Positions 21,093 to 30,603 of a stretch of 64,000 nt of DNA are shown here, in pieces. The DNA is taken from assembly GCA_964584925.1 (NCBI GenBank), contig CAZPBS010000003.1, positions 2,196-66,195 on the forward strand. The letters are read 5' to 3'. Source of the DNA: an uncultured Microbacteriaceae bacterium. Its GTDB lineage: Bacteria > Actinomycetota > Actinomycetes > Actinomycetales > Microbacteriaceae. The notes below the pieces were generated by a model. It had not been told where the DNA came from. It did not search any database and saw only the letters and a program-made list of their open reading frames with translations. The first letter of the stretch is position 1; each line of letters opens with the position of its first letter. Made by a program: the position numbers and the translations under genes.

Positions 21093-21104
21093 ACCTTTTC
21101 TTGC

Positions 21105-21145
21105 GTGAGTGGGGCCCCTCTTCATGAGGGGCCTTCACCATTTAA
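21105..21145 (+). terminator. Hairpin/terminator after rplI
   Basis: GGCCCCTC-TTCAT-GAGGGGCC 21113-21133 with outer GTGAG/TTCAC pairing. Confidence 0.6.
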
Positions 21146-21153
21146 GGTGGTCT

Positions 21154-21354
21154 TTCTCCACACAGACACCCCTAGCACACTGAAGTCTAAACTGGTGCTT
21201 TATACAGATTCACACAGCTCGAAATGTCAGTTTTTATGCTCGATAAATAACTATTTTGTGGCAAAAATTGCTTCCTAAGGCTCCCGACAATCCCCATTTT
21301 ATCCACAGGGCTTCCGGCGTTTCTCGACAATAGTGCACAGAGTTATCCACAGGG
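21154..21354. promoter_or_regulatory. DnaA-box cluster upstream of dnaB
   Basis: Perfect TTATCCACA 21299-21307 and 21343-21351; near matches 21154-21162, 21200-21208, 21257-21265. Confidence 0.75.
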
Positions 21355-21520
21355 TTGATTGTGCGTGACGACTGGCATCTCTAGGGTGAAAACAAGCTTA
21401 GAAAGCAGAGCCCCACGAAGGCTCTGAGAGCCTCCCCGCTGTGTCAGTCGATGGTGATAGACCTGGGGAGGAACACCCACAACGTGCAGTCCCCGCGCGG
21501 AAAACAGTAAGGAGTCGCCT

Positions 21521-22894
21521 GTGTCCATCGCCCAGCTCGGCATTGTCCCCGACTCTCCCTCGGACCGCGGGTATGGCGGAGATCGGACGCCGCCCCACGA
21601 CGTGCTGGCGGAGCAGAGCACGCTCGGCGGAATGCTTCTGAGCAAGGACGCGGTTGCTGACGTGATCGAGGTGGTGCGTGGTCGCGACTTCTATCTGCCC
21701 AAGCATGAAATCATCTTCGATGCACTGCTCAACCTGTATTCGCATGGCGAACCTACCGATGTCATCACGGTTTCCGAAGAACTCACCAAGACAGGCATGC
21801 TCTCGCGAGCTGGGGGTGTGGACTACCTCCACACCATCGTTTCCGTGGTTCCCACGGCTGCTAGCGCCGGGCACTATGCCGCCATCGTCGCCGACAAGGC
21901 GGTGTTGCGCCGTTTGGTGGATGCGGGCACGCGTATCGCCAACATGGGATACGCCAGCGAGGGAGAAGTCACCGATCTGGTGAACTCCGCCCAGACCGAG
22001 ATTTACCAGGTCGCGGGCGGCGTTGAGGCAGAAGATTATGTTCCGCTCACCGAGGCTGTTTCCGCTGCCGTGGACGAAATCGAAGCTGCTCGCAGTCGTG
22101 ATGGACAGATGGTGGGTGTTCCTACCGGGTTCGCGGACCTCGATGGCCTGATGAACGGGTTGCACCCAGGTCAGCTTGTCCTGATTGCCGCCCGTCCTGC
22201 TCTGGGTAAGTCGACCCTTGCGCTAGACCTCGCTCGCAACGCAGCTATCCGCTTCAAGCAACCCACCATCTTTTTCTCCCTGGAAATGGGTAAGTCGGAA
22301 ATCGCAATGCGATTGCTTTCCGCGGAAACCTCCATCCCACTGCAGAAAATGCGCAAGGGAATGGTGGAAGCCAGGGACTGGACCACCATTGCCTCGACGA
22401 GAGGTCGCATTGAGTCAGCACCTCTCTACATCGATGACAGCCCGAACATGACACTGGTCGAGATTCGGGCTAAAGCACGGCGATTGAAGCAGCGAGTTGG
22501 TCTCAAAATGATTGTGATCGACTACTTGCAGTTGATGACGGCCGGAAAACGGGTGGAGTCCCGCCAGCAAGAGGTGAGCGAGTTCTCTCGGGCGCTGAAA
22601 TTGTTGGCCAAGGAGCTCCAGGTTCCCGTCGTGGCGCTGTCTCAGTTGAATCGTGGACCTGAGCAGCGCTCCGACCGTAAGCCCCAATTGAGCGATCTGC
22701 GTGAATCGGGATCTTTGGAGCAGGATGCGGATGTCGTCATCCTGCTGCACCGCGACAGCGCCTATGAGAAGGACAGTCCTCGCGCCGGAGAAGCAGACCT
22801 GATTGTGGCGAAGCACCGTAACGGTCCTACCGACACCATCGTCGTCGGCTTCCAGGGCCATTACTCGCGCTTCGCCGATATGCCAAAGGTTTAA
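21521..22894 (+). CDS. dnaB: Replicative DNA helicase DnaB (no intein)
   Basis: AARPALGKS, IDYLQL, LSQLNR, LRESGSLEQDAD, KHRNGPT. Confidence 0.98.
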   Translation: MSIAQLGIVPDSPSDRGYGGDRTPPHDVLAEQSTLGGMLLSKDAVADVIEVVRGRDFYLPKHEIIFDALLNLYSHGEPTDVITVSEELTKTGMLSRAGGVDYLHTIVSVVPTAASAGHYAAIVADKAVLRRLVDAGTRIANMGYASEGEVTDLVNSAQTEIYQVAGGVEAEDYVPLTEAVSAAVDEIEAARSRDGQMVGVPTGFADLDGLMNGLHPGQLVLIAARPALGKSTLALDLARNAAIRFKQPTIFFSLEMGKSEIAMRLLSAETSIPLQKMRKGMVEARDWTTIASTRGRIESAPLYIDDSPNMTLVEIRAKARRLKQRVGLKMIVIDYLQLMTAGKRVESRQQEVSEFSRALKLLAKELQVPVVALSQLNRGPEQRSDRKPQLSDLRESGSLEQDADVVILLHRDSAYEKDSPRAGEADLIVAKHRNGPTDTIVVGFQGHYSRFADMPKV

Positions 22895-22933
22895 GTGGTT
22901 CTGGGGGTCTCCAACCCTGATTACGCTGGAGGG

Positions 22934-23503
22934 GTGGTAGCCCAGCCTCGACAATCGCCAGCCCTTCCGTACTATGTGGTCTCGGCGATGCGATCCATCA
23001 TTGTTCTCGCCACAGGCATTGTGATCACCTTCACCCCGGGTCATTCTGCGCGTTTTGGCCTGGTGGCCCTGGGAATTCTGGGGGTTGTGAATGCCGTGGG
23101 CCTGGGACTTGTTGCCCTCGGTCTCTCGGCCACGGAAACCGGGAGAGGACTTCACCTGTGGCAGTCACTGGTCTCACTTGTAGTAGGTGCTCTTGTGCTT
23201 GCACTCCAGGAAGCGGGAATGATTCTGCTCCTGTGGGCGCTCGTGTTTTGGGCGCTCCTTGTGGGTGTGGCAGAGATTTTCTATGGCGCCCGCTTGGCGC
23301 GAGGGGATGCCCTTCGACGCGACTGGATCACCCAGGGAGCTATGACGGTCATCTTGGGTGTTGTCGTCCTGTTTCAGCCGGCGGACAGTGTGGCTGTGGT
23401 CGGTTTCTTAGGTGCGTGGGCTATCGTCCAGGGTGTCTACTTGGCCATTGCCAGCGTTGCACTGCGGTTCCCCACCACACCAAAGGATGACCCCCATGAC
23501 TGA
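22934..23503 (+). CDS. HdeD/DUF308-like membrane protein
   Basis: About 6 hydrophobic helices; start inferred from TACGCT-6 nt-GTG. Confidence 0.65.
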   Translation: MVAQPRQSPALPYYVVSAMRSIIVLATGIVITFTPGHSARFGLVALGILGVVNAVGLGLVALGLSATETGRGLHLWQSLVSLVVGALVLALQEAGMILLLWALVFWALLVGVAEIFYGARLARGDALRRDWITQGAMTVILGVVVLFQPADSVAVVGFLGAWAIVQGVYLAIASVALRFPTTPKDDPHD

Positions 23504-23738
23504 GCCCACTCGGCGTCAGAAGCTTCGCCCGATTGAATACGTCATGCTCTCAGGAGTGATGGCGTTGTTTGCCGGACTGGTTGTCCTCATGGTCACGCGC
23601 GACGCCCTGTTGGCAATTATCGGCAGTGGACTGGTCTTCATCGTGGTGATTATCGGGATTGCCATGTTGCTCTTGGCAGTGTCACCGAACTCAACTCCGG
23701 ATGGCCAGAAAAGCTCTCCGGGTACAGGAAACGACTAA
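23496..23738 (+). CDS. Small 2-TM membrane protein
   Basis: MTEPTRRQKLRPIEYV then two TM segments; RBS AAAGGA. Confidence 0.7.
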   Translation: MTEPTRRQKLRPIEYVMLSGVMALFAGLVVLMVTRDALLAIIGSGLVFIVVIIGIAMLLLAVSPNSTPDGQKSSPGTGND

Positions 23739-23741
23739 GCC

Positions 23742-25130
23742 TTAGTCGAGATAGTCAACAAGGGCCGAGGCGAGCCCCACGTAGCCTTCGGGTGTCAGCT
23801 TCGACAGGCGCTTCTTCGCGTCCTCGGAGATATCAAGCCCTTGAACGAAAGTCGCGAGAGTAGCGGCGTCGACTTTGTTTCCTCGCGTCAACTCTTTGAC
23901 GATGGCATAGGGGTCTGTCTCTGCGGAATTCCCACGCACAATCTCTGCGCGCATGACGGTTTGGATGGCCTCAGCGAGAACTTCCCAGTTCGCTTGGAGG
24001 TCGGCTGAGAGGGCACCCTCATCGAGTGAAATCTCGTGGAGACCCTTTTGCAGATTGGTGAGCGCCAGCAATGAGTGCCCAAATCCGACACCAATATTGC
24101 GTTGAGTGGTCGAGTCGGTCAGGTCGCGTTGCAATCGTGATGTCACCAGGGTTGCTGCTAGTCCTTCCAACAGCGAGCTGGAGATTTCCAGATTGGCTTC
24201 GGCGTTCTCGAAGCGAATGGGGTTGATCTTGTGGGGCATTGTCGACGATCCGGTCGCACCGGCTTCGGGAATCTGGGTGAGGTAGCCCACGGAAATGTAG
24301 GTCCAGACGTCAGTCGCCAGGTTGTGCAGAATGCGGTTGGCGTGAGAAATTGCGGTGAAAAGTTCCGCGGCGGCATCGTGGGACTCAATTTGAGTAGTCA
24401 GCGGATTCCAGGAGAGGCCAAGTCCTTCGACAAAGTTCTTGCTCACAATCGGCCAGTTGACACCGGGTTCTGCCACCACGTGGGCTGAGAACGTTCCTGT
24501 TGCTCCGGAGAATTTGGCGAGGTAGGGAACGCGAGCGATTCGCTCACGCACCCGAACGAGTCTGCCCACAAAGACGGCAAGTTCTTTTCCAAACGTTGTG
24601 GGGGTGGCGGGTTGGCCGTGTGTTTTGGCCAACATCGGAGCGTCACGCCAGCTGTGAGCCAGTTCGGTCAGTCGAGTGACTACGTCATCGAAAGCAGGAA
24701 GCCACACGTGGGCGAGAGCGTCCCGGGTGACCAGGGCGTACGAGACATTATTGATGTCCTCGCTCGTGCACCCAAAGTGAACGAGCTCGCTCACGCTCTC
24801 GAGCTGGTGGGCCTTCAGCACGTCGCGAACGTAGTACTCGATCGCTTTCACATCGTGTTTGGTCACTTCTTCGAACGCCGCGATTTGGGCAATATCTTCA
24901 GGCCCAAAGTTGGCGACAACTGATCGCAACGCGTCGGCGGTTGAGGCGGGGAGTGGGGTGGACCCGGCAACTCCCTCAGCGCACAACGTAATCAGCCACT
25001 CGATTTCGACGGTGACGCGCGCTCGATTCAGAGCTGCTTCTGAGAAGTACTCGCCGAGAGCTTCTGTTGCGGGACGGTAGCGTCCATCCAGCGGACTAAG
25101 GGGTTGGTGGCCCAAGGGCGACATGGTCAC
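23742..25130 (-). CDS. purB: Adenylosuccinate lyase
   Basis: LSPLDGRY, HFGCTSEDI, GSSTMPHKINP. Confidence 0.97.
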   Translation of the reverse strand: MTMSPLGHQPLSPLDGRYRPATEALGEYFSEAALNRARVTVEIEWLITLCAEGVAGSTPLPASTADALRSVVANFGPEDIAQIAAFEEVTKHDVKAIEYYVRDVLKAHQLESVSELVHFGCTSEDINNVSYALVTRDALAHVWLPAFDDVVTRLTELAHSWRDAPMLAKTHGQPATPTTFGKELAVFVGRLVRVRERIARVPYLAKFSGATGTFSAHVVAEPGVNWPIVSKNFVEGLGLSWNPLTTQIESHDAAAELFTAISHANRILHNLATDVWTYISVGYLTQIPEAGATGSSTMPHKINPIRFENAEANLEISSSLLEGLAATLVTSRLQRDLTDSTTQRNIGVGFGHSLLALTNLQKGLHEISLDEGALSADLQANWEVLAEAIQTVMRAEIVRGNSAETDPYAIVKELTRGNKVDAATLATFVQGLDISEDAKKRLSKLTPEGYVGLASALVDYLD

Positions 25131-25270
25131 CTTCCTGTCTGGGAGATTTCCCTCCCCTATTCTTCCCTATTTTGCTGTCCACTGGGGAGTGGCGCCCGGG
25201 TTTTGTGTGGTCTGTGCTGAGGTGAACTGGCTCTGGTGAGAGCTCAGGCCACACTCCCCTCGGGAGAACA

Positions 25271-25468
25271 GTGATGGATGATGCATATCGGGCTGGCATG
25301 CACGCAGGTGACCTGCGCCGCATTGCGCTCGAGCTCGAGCGCTCGCTGCCCTCCGGTGAGTGGAGAGGTCCCTCCGAACTCGAATGCCGTCTACGCGTAA
25401 TGGACATCCATGCTGACCTCCTTCGAGTGGCGCGACTCCTCGAGATCGCCGCGCGGGAGAGTGATTGA
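25271..25468 (+). CDS. Small helical protein with central WxG (WXG100-like)
   Basis: Helix-EWRGP-helix; RBS GGGAG; stop overlaps next ATG (TGATG). Confidence 0.55.
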   Translation: MMDDAYRAGMHAGDLRRIALELERSLPSGEWRGPSELECRLRVMDIHADLLRVARLLEIAARESD

Positions 25469-26595
25469 TGGGCGGGAACCCCTTCTGGATACATGACCCC
25501 ACGACCGTCACAGTCTGTGACGAGTTTGTGTATGCGCTTTTGGTGACGCTCGATCGCCAAGCGGCGGTGGTGACCTCAATCTGGTCTGATCTCGCTCCCA
25601 GGGACAATCCCGGAGCTTCTCCTTTCGAGATACCCAGCGTGCCTCCCGTGGAGTGGAGTTCTGCCCGTCATGGACTCGGCGAGGCCCTGGATGATCTCAC
25701 TTGGCTCCGAGGTTCTCTCCTCGCCTATGCCCGGGCAACAGCTGAGCAGGAGCGCGATCGTGCCATGGCCTGGGGTGAGCCCGCAGAGCGTGCACTAGCT
25801 CTCGGGGTGTCCCTGATGAGCGGAGCGACTCTCGAGGGAGCGCTCGGTTCCAACCCGATAGGTCACGCGGCTGAGACCATCGGAGGCGGGATTCCTCGAG
25901 TGCATGAGGTGGTGGTGAGCGAATCCAGCGGGAAACCGGTGATGGCGCGGGCCCCTCAGTCGGTGGGTGATCGGGTGGCGCGGATTCCCGCGACAGATAA
26001 CCCCATACGCATCGAGAGATATGTCGATGACGCAGGGAGAGCTCACTCGGAGGTCTATATCGCGGGAACCCATGACTGGGGGATGGGCACGACAAGGGAG
26101 CCTTTTGATCTGAACAGCAACATCGCTCTCGTGGCCGGGATCCCGGCAGCATCTCTAGTGGGTGTGCAAAGCGCGATGACGCGAGCGGGTATCAAGCATG
26201 GTGAAAGGGTGACCTTTACGGGCCACTCTCAAGGCGGCATGATTGCCGCTCGCCTTGCGGAATCCGGAACGTATCGAACGACCGGGCTTGTTGTGGTGGG
26301 GTCGCCTACCGGAACTCTCAGCGCCACTGGCGGATACCCGGCACTAGCTCTCCGCCACACTGATGATGTGGTGCCGCGCCTTGGTGGTAGCGATCAGGGG
26401 TCAGGGTTCACGACCATCGAAAGAGCTAGCACTAGCCCGATGGGGGATGTGGTCGGTGCCCACAAGAAATCTGGCTACGTTCAGATGGCCCGAGACCTTG
26501 ATTCCTCGCCGGCTAGAGCGCACCTTCCCGAGATAGTCAACGCCCCAGGAACCGCCCAGGTGCGGGTCTTCACAGCACAGCGGGTGAGTAGCTAG
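25468..26595 (+). CDS. Alpha/beta hydrolase (lipase-like) with N-terminal helical extension
   Basis: GHSQGG nucleophile, VVGSP, DDVVPRL, C-terminal AH. Confidence 0.75.
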   Translation: MGGNPFWIHDPTTVTVCDEFVYALLVTLDRQAAVVTSIWSDLAPRDNPGASPFEIPSVPPVEWSSARHGLGEALDDLTWLRGSLLAYARATAEQERDRAMAWGEPAERALALGVSLMSGATLEGALGSNPIGHAAETIGGGIPRVHEVVVSESSGKPVMARAPQSVGDRVARIPATDNPIRIERYVDDAGRAHSEVYIAGTHDWGMGTTREPFDLNSNIALVAGIPAASLVGVQSAMTRAGIKHGERVTFTGHSQGGMIAARLAESGTYRTTGLVVVGSPTGTLSATGGYPALALRHTDDVVPRLGGSDQGSGFTTIERASTSPMGDVVGAHKKSGYVQMARDLDSSPARAHLPEIVNAPGTAQVRVFTAQRVSS

Positions 26596-27011
26596 CGGCG
26601 CTTGCCAACGAACGGGCGCAACACCATGCCAATAATCCAGCTGGAGAGGCTTAGCACGAGCGCTCCTATGATTCCCCAGTAAAAGTCTTGGACAAAAAGA
26701 CCGAAGCCCAACCATTGCGACACCAGCGTCACCAACAACAGCAACAGTGCATTGACGATAAGAGCGATTAACCCCAGGGTGAGGACATACAGAGGGAAGG
26801 CGACAATCCGAATCGCGTTACCGACAATGCCGTTGATAAGACCAAACACGAACGCGATGAACACGTAGCTCACGATGAGTTCGAGGCTGGGCCCACCGGC
26901 AACGACGGGCTCACCCTCGGCGTAAGCGACCATCGTGAGACCGGGAACAATCCATACTGCGATAGCAAGCGCCACAGAATTCACCAACAGTCGAACAAGA
27001 AAACGAAGCAT
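26592..27011 (-). CDS. 4-TM phage holin family (YvlD-like) membrane protein
   Basis: FPLYVLTLGLIALIVNA motif, four TM. Confidence 0.8.
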   Translation of the reverse strand: MLRFLVRLLVNSVALAIAVWIVPGLTMVAYAEGEPVVAGGPSLELIVSYVFIAFVFGLINGIVGNAIRIVAFPLYVLTLGLIALIVNALLLLLVTLVSQWLGFGLFVQDFYWGIIGALVLSLSSWIIGMVLRPFVGKRR

Positions 27012-27134
27012 GGTCTAACTATGCCTGCTCATTCTTTTTGACGCCAATGGTGTGCGTTACGAACAGCATTTTCCGAATGTCGTTGTAACTGGGCAATGGC
27101 TCGCCGGAAAGAAGTGCCCCGCTAGATTAGAACC

Positions 27135-28253
27135 ATGCCGTACACCGATGCCACCCTGCGCCTCGTGGCACCAGACGGCCAACTTGTTCATACGGACCGC
27201 AACGAGATTTATCATCAGGCGATTGCTCACCTCACTGAGGCGGAGCTTCTGGAGTTCTATCGCGTCATGGCGGTGGTGCGCCGCTTCGATGTGGAAGCGG
27301 GAAACCTCCAGAGGCAGGGCCAAATGGCGCTCTGGGTTCCCAGCATCGGTCAGGAAGCTGCGCAAGTGGGGTCCGGCTTCGCCACTCGCCCTCAGGACAA
27401 CATTTTCCCTGCCTATCGTGAGCACTCTGTCGCCTATCTCAAAGGGCTCGACCTTCTGGACATCATTCGGATGTTGCGCGGAATCACCAACGGCGGGTGG
27501 GATCCGAAGACCTCACAGAACTTTCATCTCTACACCCTGGTGATCGGATCGCACACACTTCACGCCACCGGCTACGCGATGGGAATTGGGTTTGATGGAA
27601 CCTGTGGTTCCGGCGATCTGGATGCTGACGAAGCCGTCTTGGTGTATTTCGGGGATGGCGCCACGAGTCAGGGTGACACCAACGAGGCCATGATTTTTGC
27701 CCAGAGTTACCAAACGCCGCAGGTCTTTTTCCTGCAAAACAATCACTGGGCTATTTCTGTTCCCGTCCGGGTTCAATCCCGAACACCACTGTTTGAGCGC
27801 GCAGCAGGCTTCGGTCTTCCGAGTATTCAAATCGATGGCAACGATGTGTTGATGAGTTATGCCGCCACTCGGCTTTCCATGGACGCCGCCCGCTCGGGTC
27901 AAGGCCCCCACTTCATCGAGGCCCTGACCTACCGCATCGGCGCTCACACCACCAGCGATGACCCCACGAAGTATCGGGATGAGGACGAGCTAGCTTTTTG
28001 GCAAGCCCACGACCCGATCGATCGCTACCGCTCCTACCTCCAGGGACTGGGTGTCCAGGAAAGCTTCTTCGAGCAGGTCGCCACTGAGGCCGAGGACTAC
28101 GCCGCTGATATTCGTCAGCGGACTCTTGCTCTCGAGTCGCCACCGATGGCGGAGATTTTCCAGCACGTTTTCACTGACCCCCACCCTGTTATTGAGGCGG
28201 AGCACGAGGCGCTCGAGGCCTATATGGCGTCCTTCGAGGAGGCCGGCGAATGA
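27135..28253 (+). CDS. pdhA: 2-oxoacid dehydrogenase E1 alpha (PDH/BCKDH type)
   Basis: GQEAAQ, GDGATSQG..NN TPP motif, HTTSDDP. Confidence 0.93.
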   Translation: MPYTDATLRLVAPDGQLVHTDRNEIYHQAIAHLTEAELLEFYRVMAVVRRFDVEAGNLQRQGQMALWVPSIGQEAAQVGSGFATRPQDNIFPAYREHSVAYLKGLDLLDIIRMLRGITNGGWDPKTSQNFHLYTLVIGSHTLHATGYAMGIGFDGTCGSGDLDADEAVLVYFGDGATSQGDTNEAMIFAQSYQTPQVFFLQNNHWAISVPVRVQSRTPLFERAAGFGLPSIQIDGNDVLMSYAATRLSMDAARSGQGPHFIEALTYRIGAHTTSDDPTKYRDEDELAFWQAHDPIDRYRSYLQGLGVQESFFEQVATEAEDYAADIRQRTLALESPPMAEIFQHVFTDPHPVIEAEHEALEAYMASFEEAGE

Positions 28254-29224
28254 CCGACTTCCCGCTCGCTAAAGCCATCACGGAAGGGCTGAAAGCTGCG
28301 ATGTCCCAGGACCCTTCGGTGATGTTGATGGGTGAGGACATCGCTCAACTCGGTGGAGTGTTTCGCGTTACGGAGGGACTCCAAGAGGAATTTGGCCCCA
28401 ACCGAGTGATTGATACTCCCTTGGCGGAGTCGGGGATTGTGGGAACGGCGATCGGTCTAGCCATGCGCGGATACCGGCCGGTCTGTGAAATCCAGTTCGA
28501 TGGTTTTCTCTATCCGGCCTTTGACCAAATCGTCACTCAGCTGGCGAAGCTCACTGCTCGCCACGAGGGAACGCAGTCTTTCCCAGTGGTGATCCGGATT
28601 CCCTATGGCGGGCATATCGGTGCGGTGGAGCACCACCAGGAGAGCCCGGAAGCCTATTTCGCTCACACTGCAGGTCTTCGTGTGGTGTCCCCTGCAACTC
28701 CGCACGATGCGTACTGGTTGATCCAGGATGCGATTGCCTCGAACGACCCGGTCATCTATCTGGAGCCAAAAAGCCGCTACTGGCACAAAGGGCCGATCGA
28801 CACGACCGCTGCCGGTGCTCAGATGGGTCAGGCTCGAGTGGTCCGCCAGGGTAGCGATCTGACGCTCATCGGCCACGGCGCCATGGTGAGTGTGATGCAT
28901 CAGGCTGCAGAGATTGCGCAGAGCGAGGGTGTGAGCCTTGAGTTGATCGACCTACGCTCACTGTCCCCCATTGATTACGACACGATTCTCGACTCTGTGC
29001 GCCGCACCGGCCGCGCCATTGTGGCTCAGGAGGCGCCGGGCAATGCCAGTGTGGGTAGCGAGATCGCCGCAACTCTGACGGAGAGAGCGTTCTATGTGAT
29101 GGAGGCGCCTGTTCTTCGGGTGAGCGGGTTCAACACCCCCTTCCCGCCAGCGAGACTCGAGTCTCTGTATCTCCCCGATGCGGACCGCATACTTGACGCG
29201 GTGGATAGAAGCCTGGCTTACTGA
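28250..29224 (+). CDS. pdhB: 2-oxoacid dehydrogenase E1 beta
   Basis: GGVFRVT, DTPLAESGI, EIQF. Confidence 0.93.
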   Translation: MTDFPLAKAITEGLKAAMSQDPSVMLMGEDIAQLGGVFRVTEGLQEEFGPNRVIDTPLAESGIVGTAIGLAMRGYRPVCEIQFDGFLYPAFDQIVTQLAKLTARHEGTQSFPVVIRIPYGGHIGAVEHHQESPEAYFAHTAGLRVVSPATPHDAYWLIQDAIASNDPVIYLEPKSRYWHKGPIDTTAAGAQMGQARVVRQGSDLTLIGHGAMVSVMHQAAEIAQSEGVSLELIDLRSLSPIDYDTILDSVRRTGRAIVAQEAPGNASVGSEIAATLTERAFYVMEAPVLRVSGFNTPFPPARLESLYLPDADRILDAVDRSLAY

Positions 29225-29247
29225 TGGCTAGCGCGTAAGGAGCAACC

Positions 29248-30564
29248 GTGTCGCACTTTACTTTTCCTCTGCCCGATGTTGGCGAGGGTTTGACCGAGGC
29301 CGAAATCGTGAGCTGGCGGGTCAAGCCGGGTGACGAGGTCGCGGTTAACCAGGTTGTCTGTGAGATTGAGACCGCGAAGTCTCTCGTGGAATTGCCCTCT
29401 CCCTTTCATGGCGTAGTTAACGAGCTCCTGGTGAGCGAGGGCGACACTGTGCAGGTCGGAACGCCGATCATGAGCGTGGCAGGCGATGGCGCTGAGTCAC
29501 CACCGGACACGGGCGTGACGGATGCTGTCGGTGACGCCGAGAGCAGTGTCACTCATGAGGCCGCTGAACCTAAGAACCTCGTGGGGTATGGCACAGGCCC
29601 CTCCACTCCGACCTCTCGGCGCAAGCGCGCCCAGGCTCCTGCGGACGCTCCGGTGGTCTCACCTTCTCCCGCTCAGAGGGCGGACCTTCCGCTCGCAGAT
29701 TCAAGTCCTGTCATCGCGAAGCCTCCAATTCGTAAGTTGGCGAAAGACCTGGGCGTGAGCCTAGAAGCCGTCACGGGAAGCGGTATTGGTGGAGAGATTC
29801 TTCGCGATGATGTGATTCGTCACGCTGGCCAGGCAACCGTGTTTCGCAATCTGGAAACCCCCGAGTGGCCAGAGAACCGCGAAGACCGCATTCCGGTCAA
29901 GGGTGTTCGCAAAGCTATTGCCCAGGCGATGGTCAAGAGCATGTTCACCGCTCCCCATGTCTCAGTATTCGTGGATGTCGATGCCACGAGGACGATGGAT
30001 TTCGTCAAGCGACTCAAGGCGTCGCCCGATTTTGCCGGCATCAAGGTGTCGCCTCTGTTGGTGATGGTGAAAGCCATGATCTGGGCGGTTCAGAGAAACC
30101 CCACCGTGAACTCGACTTGGACGGAAGAGGAAATCATCGTCCACCACTTCGTCAACATGGGTGTCGCAGCCGCAACACCTCGGGGTCTCATTGTTCCCAA
30201 CGTCAAGGAAGCTCAATCGTTGAGCCTTCGAGACTTGGCGATGGCGTTGGAAAAACTCACACTCACCGCTCGTGAAGGAAAAACCACTCCGGAGGAGATG
30301 TCGGGGGGAACAATCACGATCACCAACCTGGGGTCGTTTGGTGTGGACACCGGAACTCCGATTTTGAACCCGGGTGAGGTGACGATTGTTGCCTTGGGCA
30401 CGATCAAACCGAAGCCCTGGGTAGTCAATGGTGAAATTCGAGCCCGCATGGTGACCACTGTGGCGGCAAGTTTCGACCATCGAGTCGTGGATGGTGATGT
30501 CGCGAGCAAGTTTGTGGCCGATGTTGCCGCAGTCATGGAGGAACCCGCCCTGCTCCTTGATTGA
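29248..30564 (+). CDS. pdhC: Dihydrolipoamide acyltransferase E2
   Basis: ETAKS lipoyl site, FDHRVVDG. Confidence 0.94.
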   Translation: MSHFTFPLPDVGEGLTEAEIVSWRVKPGDEVAVNQVVCEIETAKSLVELPSPFHGVVNELLVSEGDTVQVGTPIMSVAGDGAESPPDTGVTDAVGDAESSVTHEAAEPKNLVGYGTGPSTPTSRRKRAQAPADAPVVSPSPAQRADLPLADSSPVIAKPPIRKLAKDLGVSLEAVTGSGIGGEILRDDVIRHAGQATVFRNLETPEWPENREDRIPVKGVRKAIAQAMVKSMFTAPHVSVFVDVDATRTMDFVKRLKASPDFAGIKVSPLLVMVKAMIWAVQRNPTVNSTWTEEEIIVHHFVNMGVAAATPRGLIVPNVKEAQSLSLRDLAMALEKLTLTAREGKTTPEEMSGGTITITNLGSFGVDTGTPILNPGEVTIVALGTIKPKPWVVNGEIRARMVTTVAASFDHRVVDGDVASKFVADVAAVMEEPALLLD

Positions 30565-30565
30565 G

Positions 30566-30596
30566 TTTGACAATCATTCTCATTAAAGTCTAGTCT
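30566..30596 (+). promoter_or_regulatory. Zur box overlapping the znuA promoter
   Basis: 7-1-7 IR TGACAAT-C-ATTCTCA 30568-30582 overlapping TTGACA (30567); -10 TAGTCT 30591. Confidence 0.8.
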
Positions 30597-30603
30597 TGAC
30601 GCC

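Noticed and set aside
21398-23155. Long antisense ORFs (255 and 246 aa) opposite dnaB; similar ones opposite dnaK, clpB, purA and znuA
   Set aside because: Expected from codon bias in GC-rich genes; no motifs or RBS
25178-25200. CCACTGGGGAGTGGCGCCCGGG resembles the 3' half of a ZTP (pfl) riboswitch near purB
   Set aside because: The 5' half (GACTGGCG..GTGG) is absent and the orientation points away from purB
26592-27011. Holin-family gene as prophage evidence
   Set aside because: This family is commonly chromosomal; no lysin, integrase or structural genes nearby
27052-27080. CGAAC-containing stretch as a LexA box upstream of pdhA
   Set aside because: No matching GTTCG half-site
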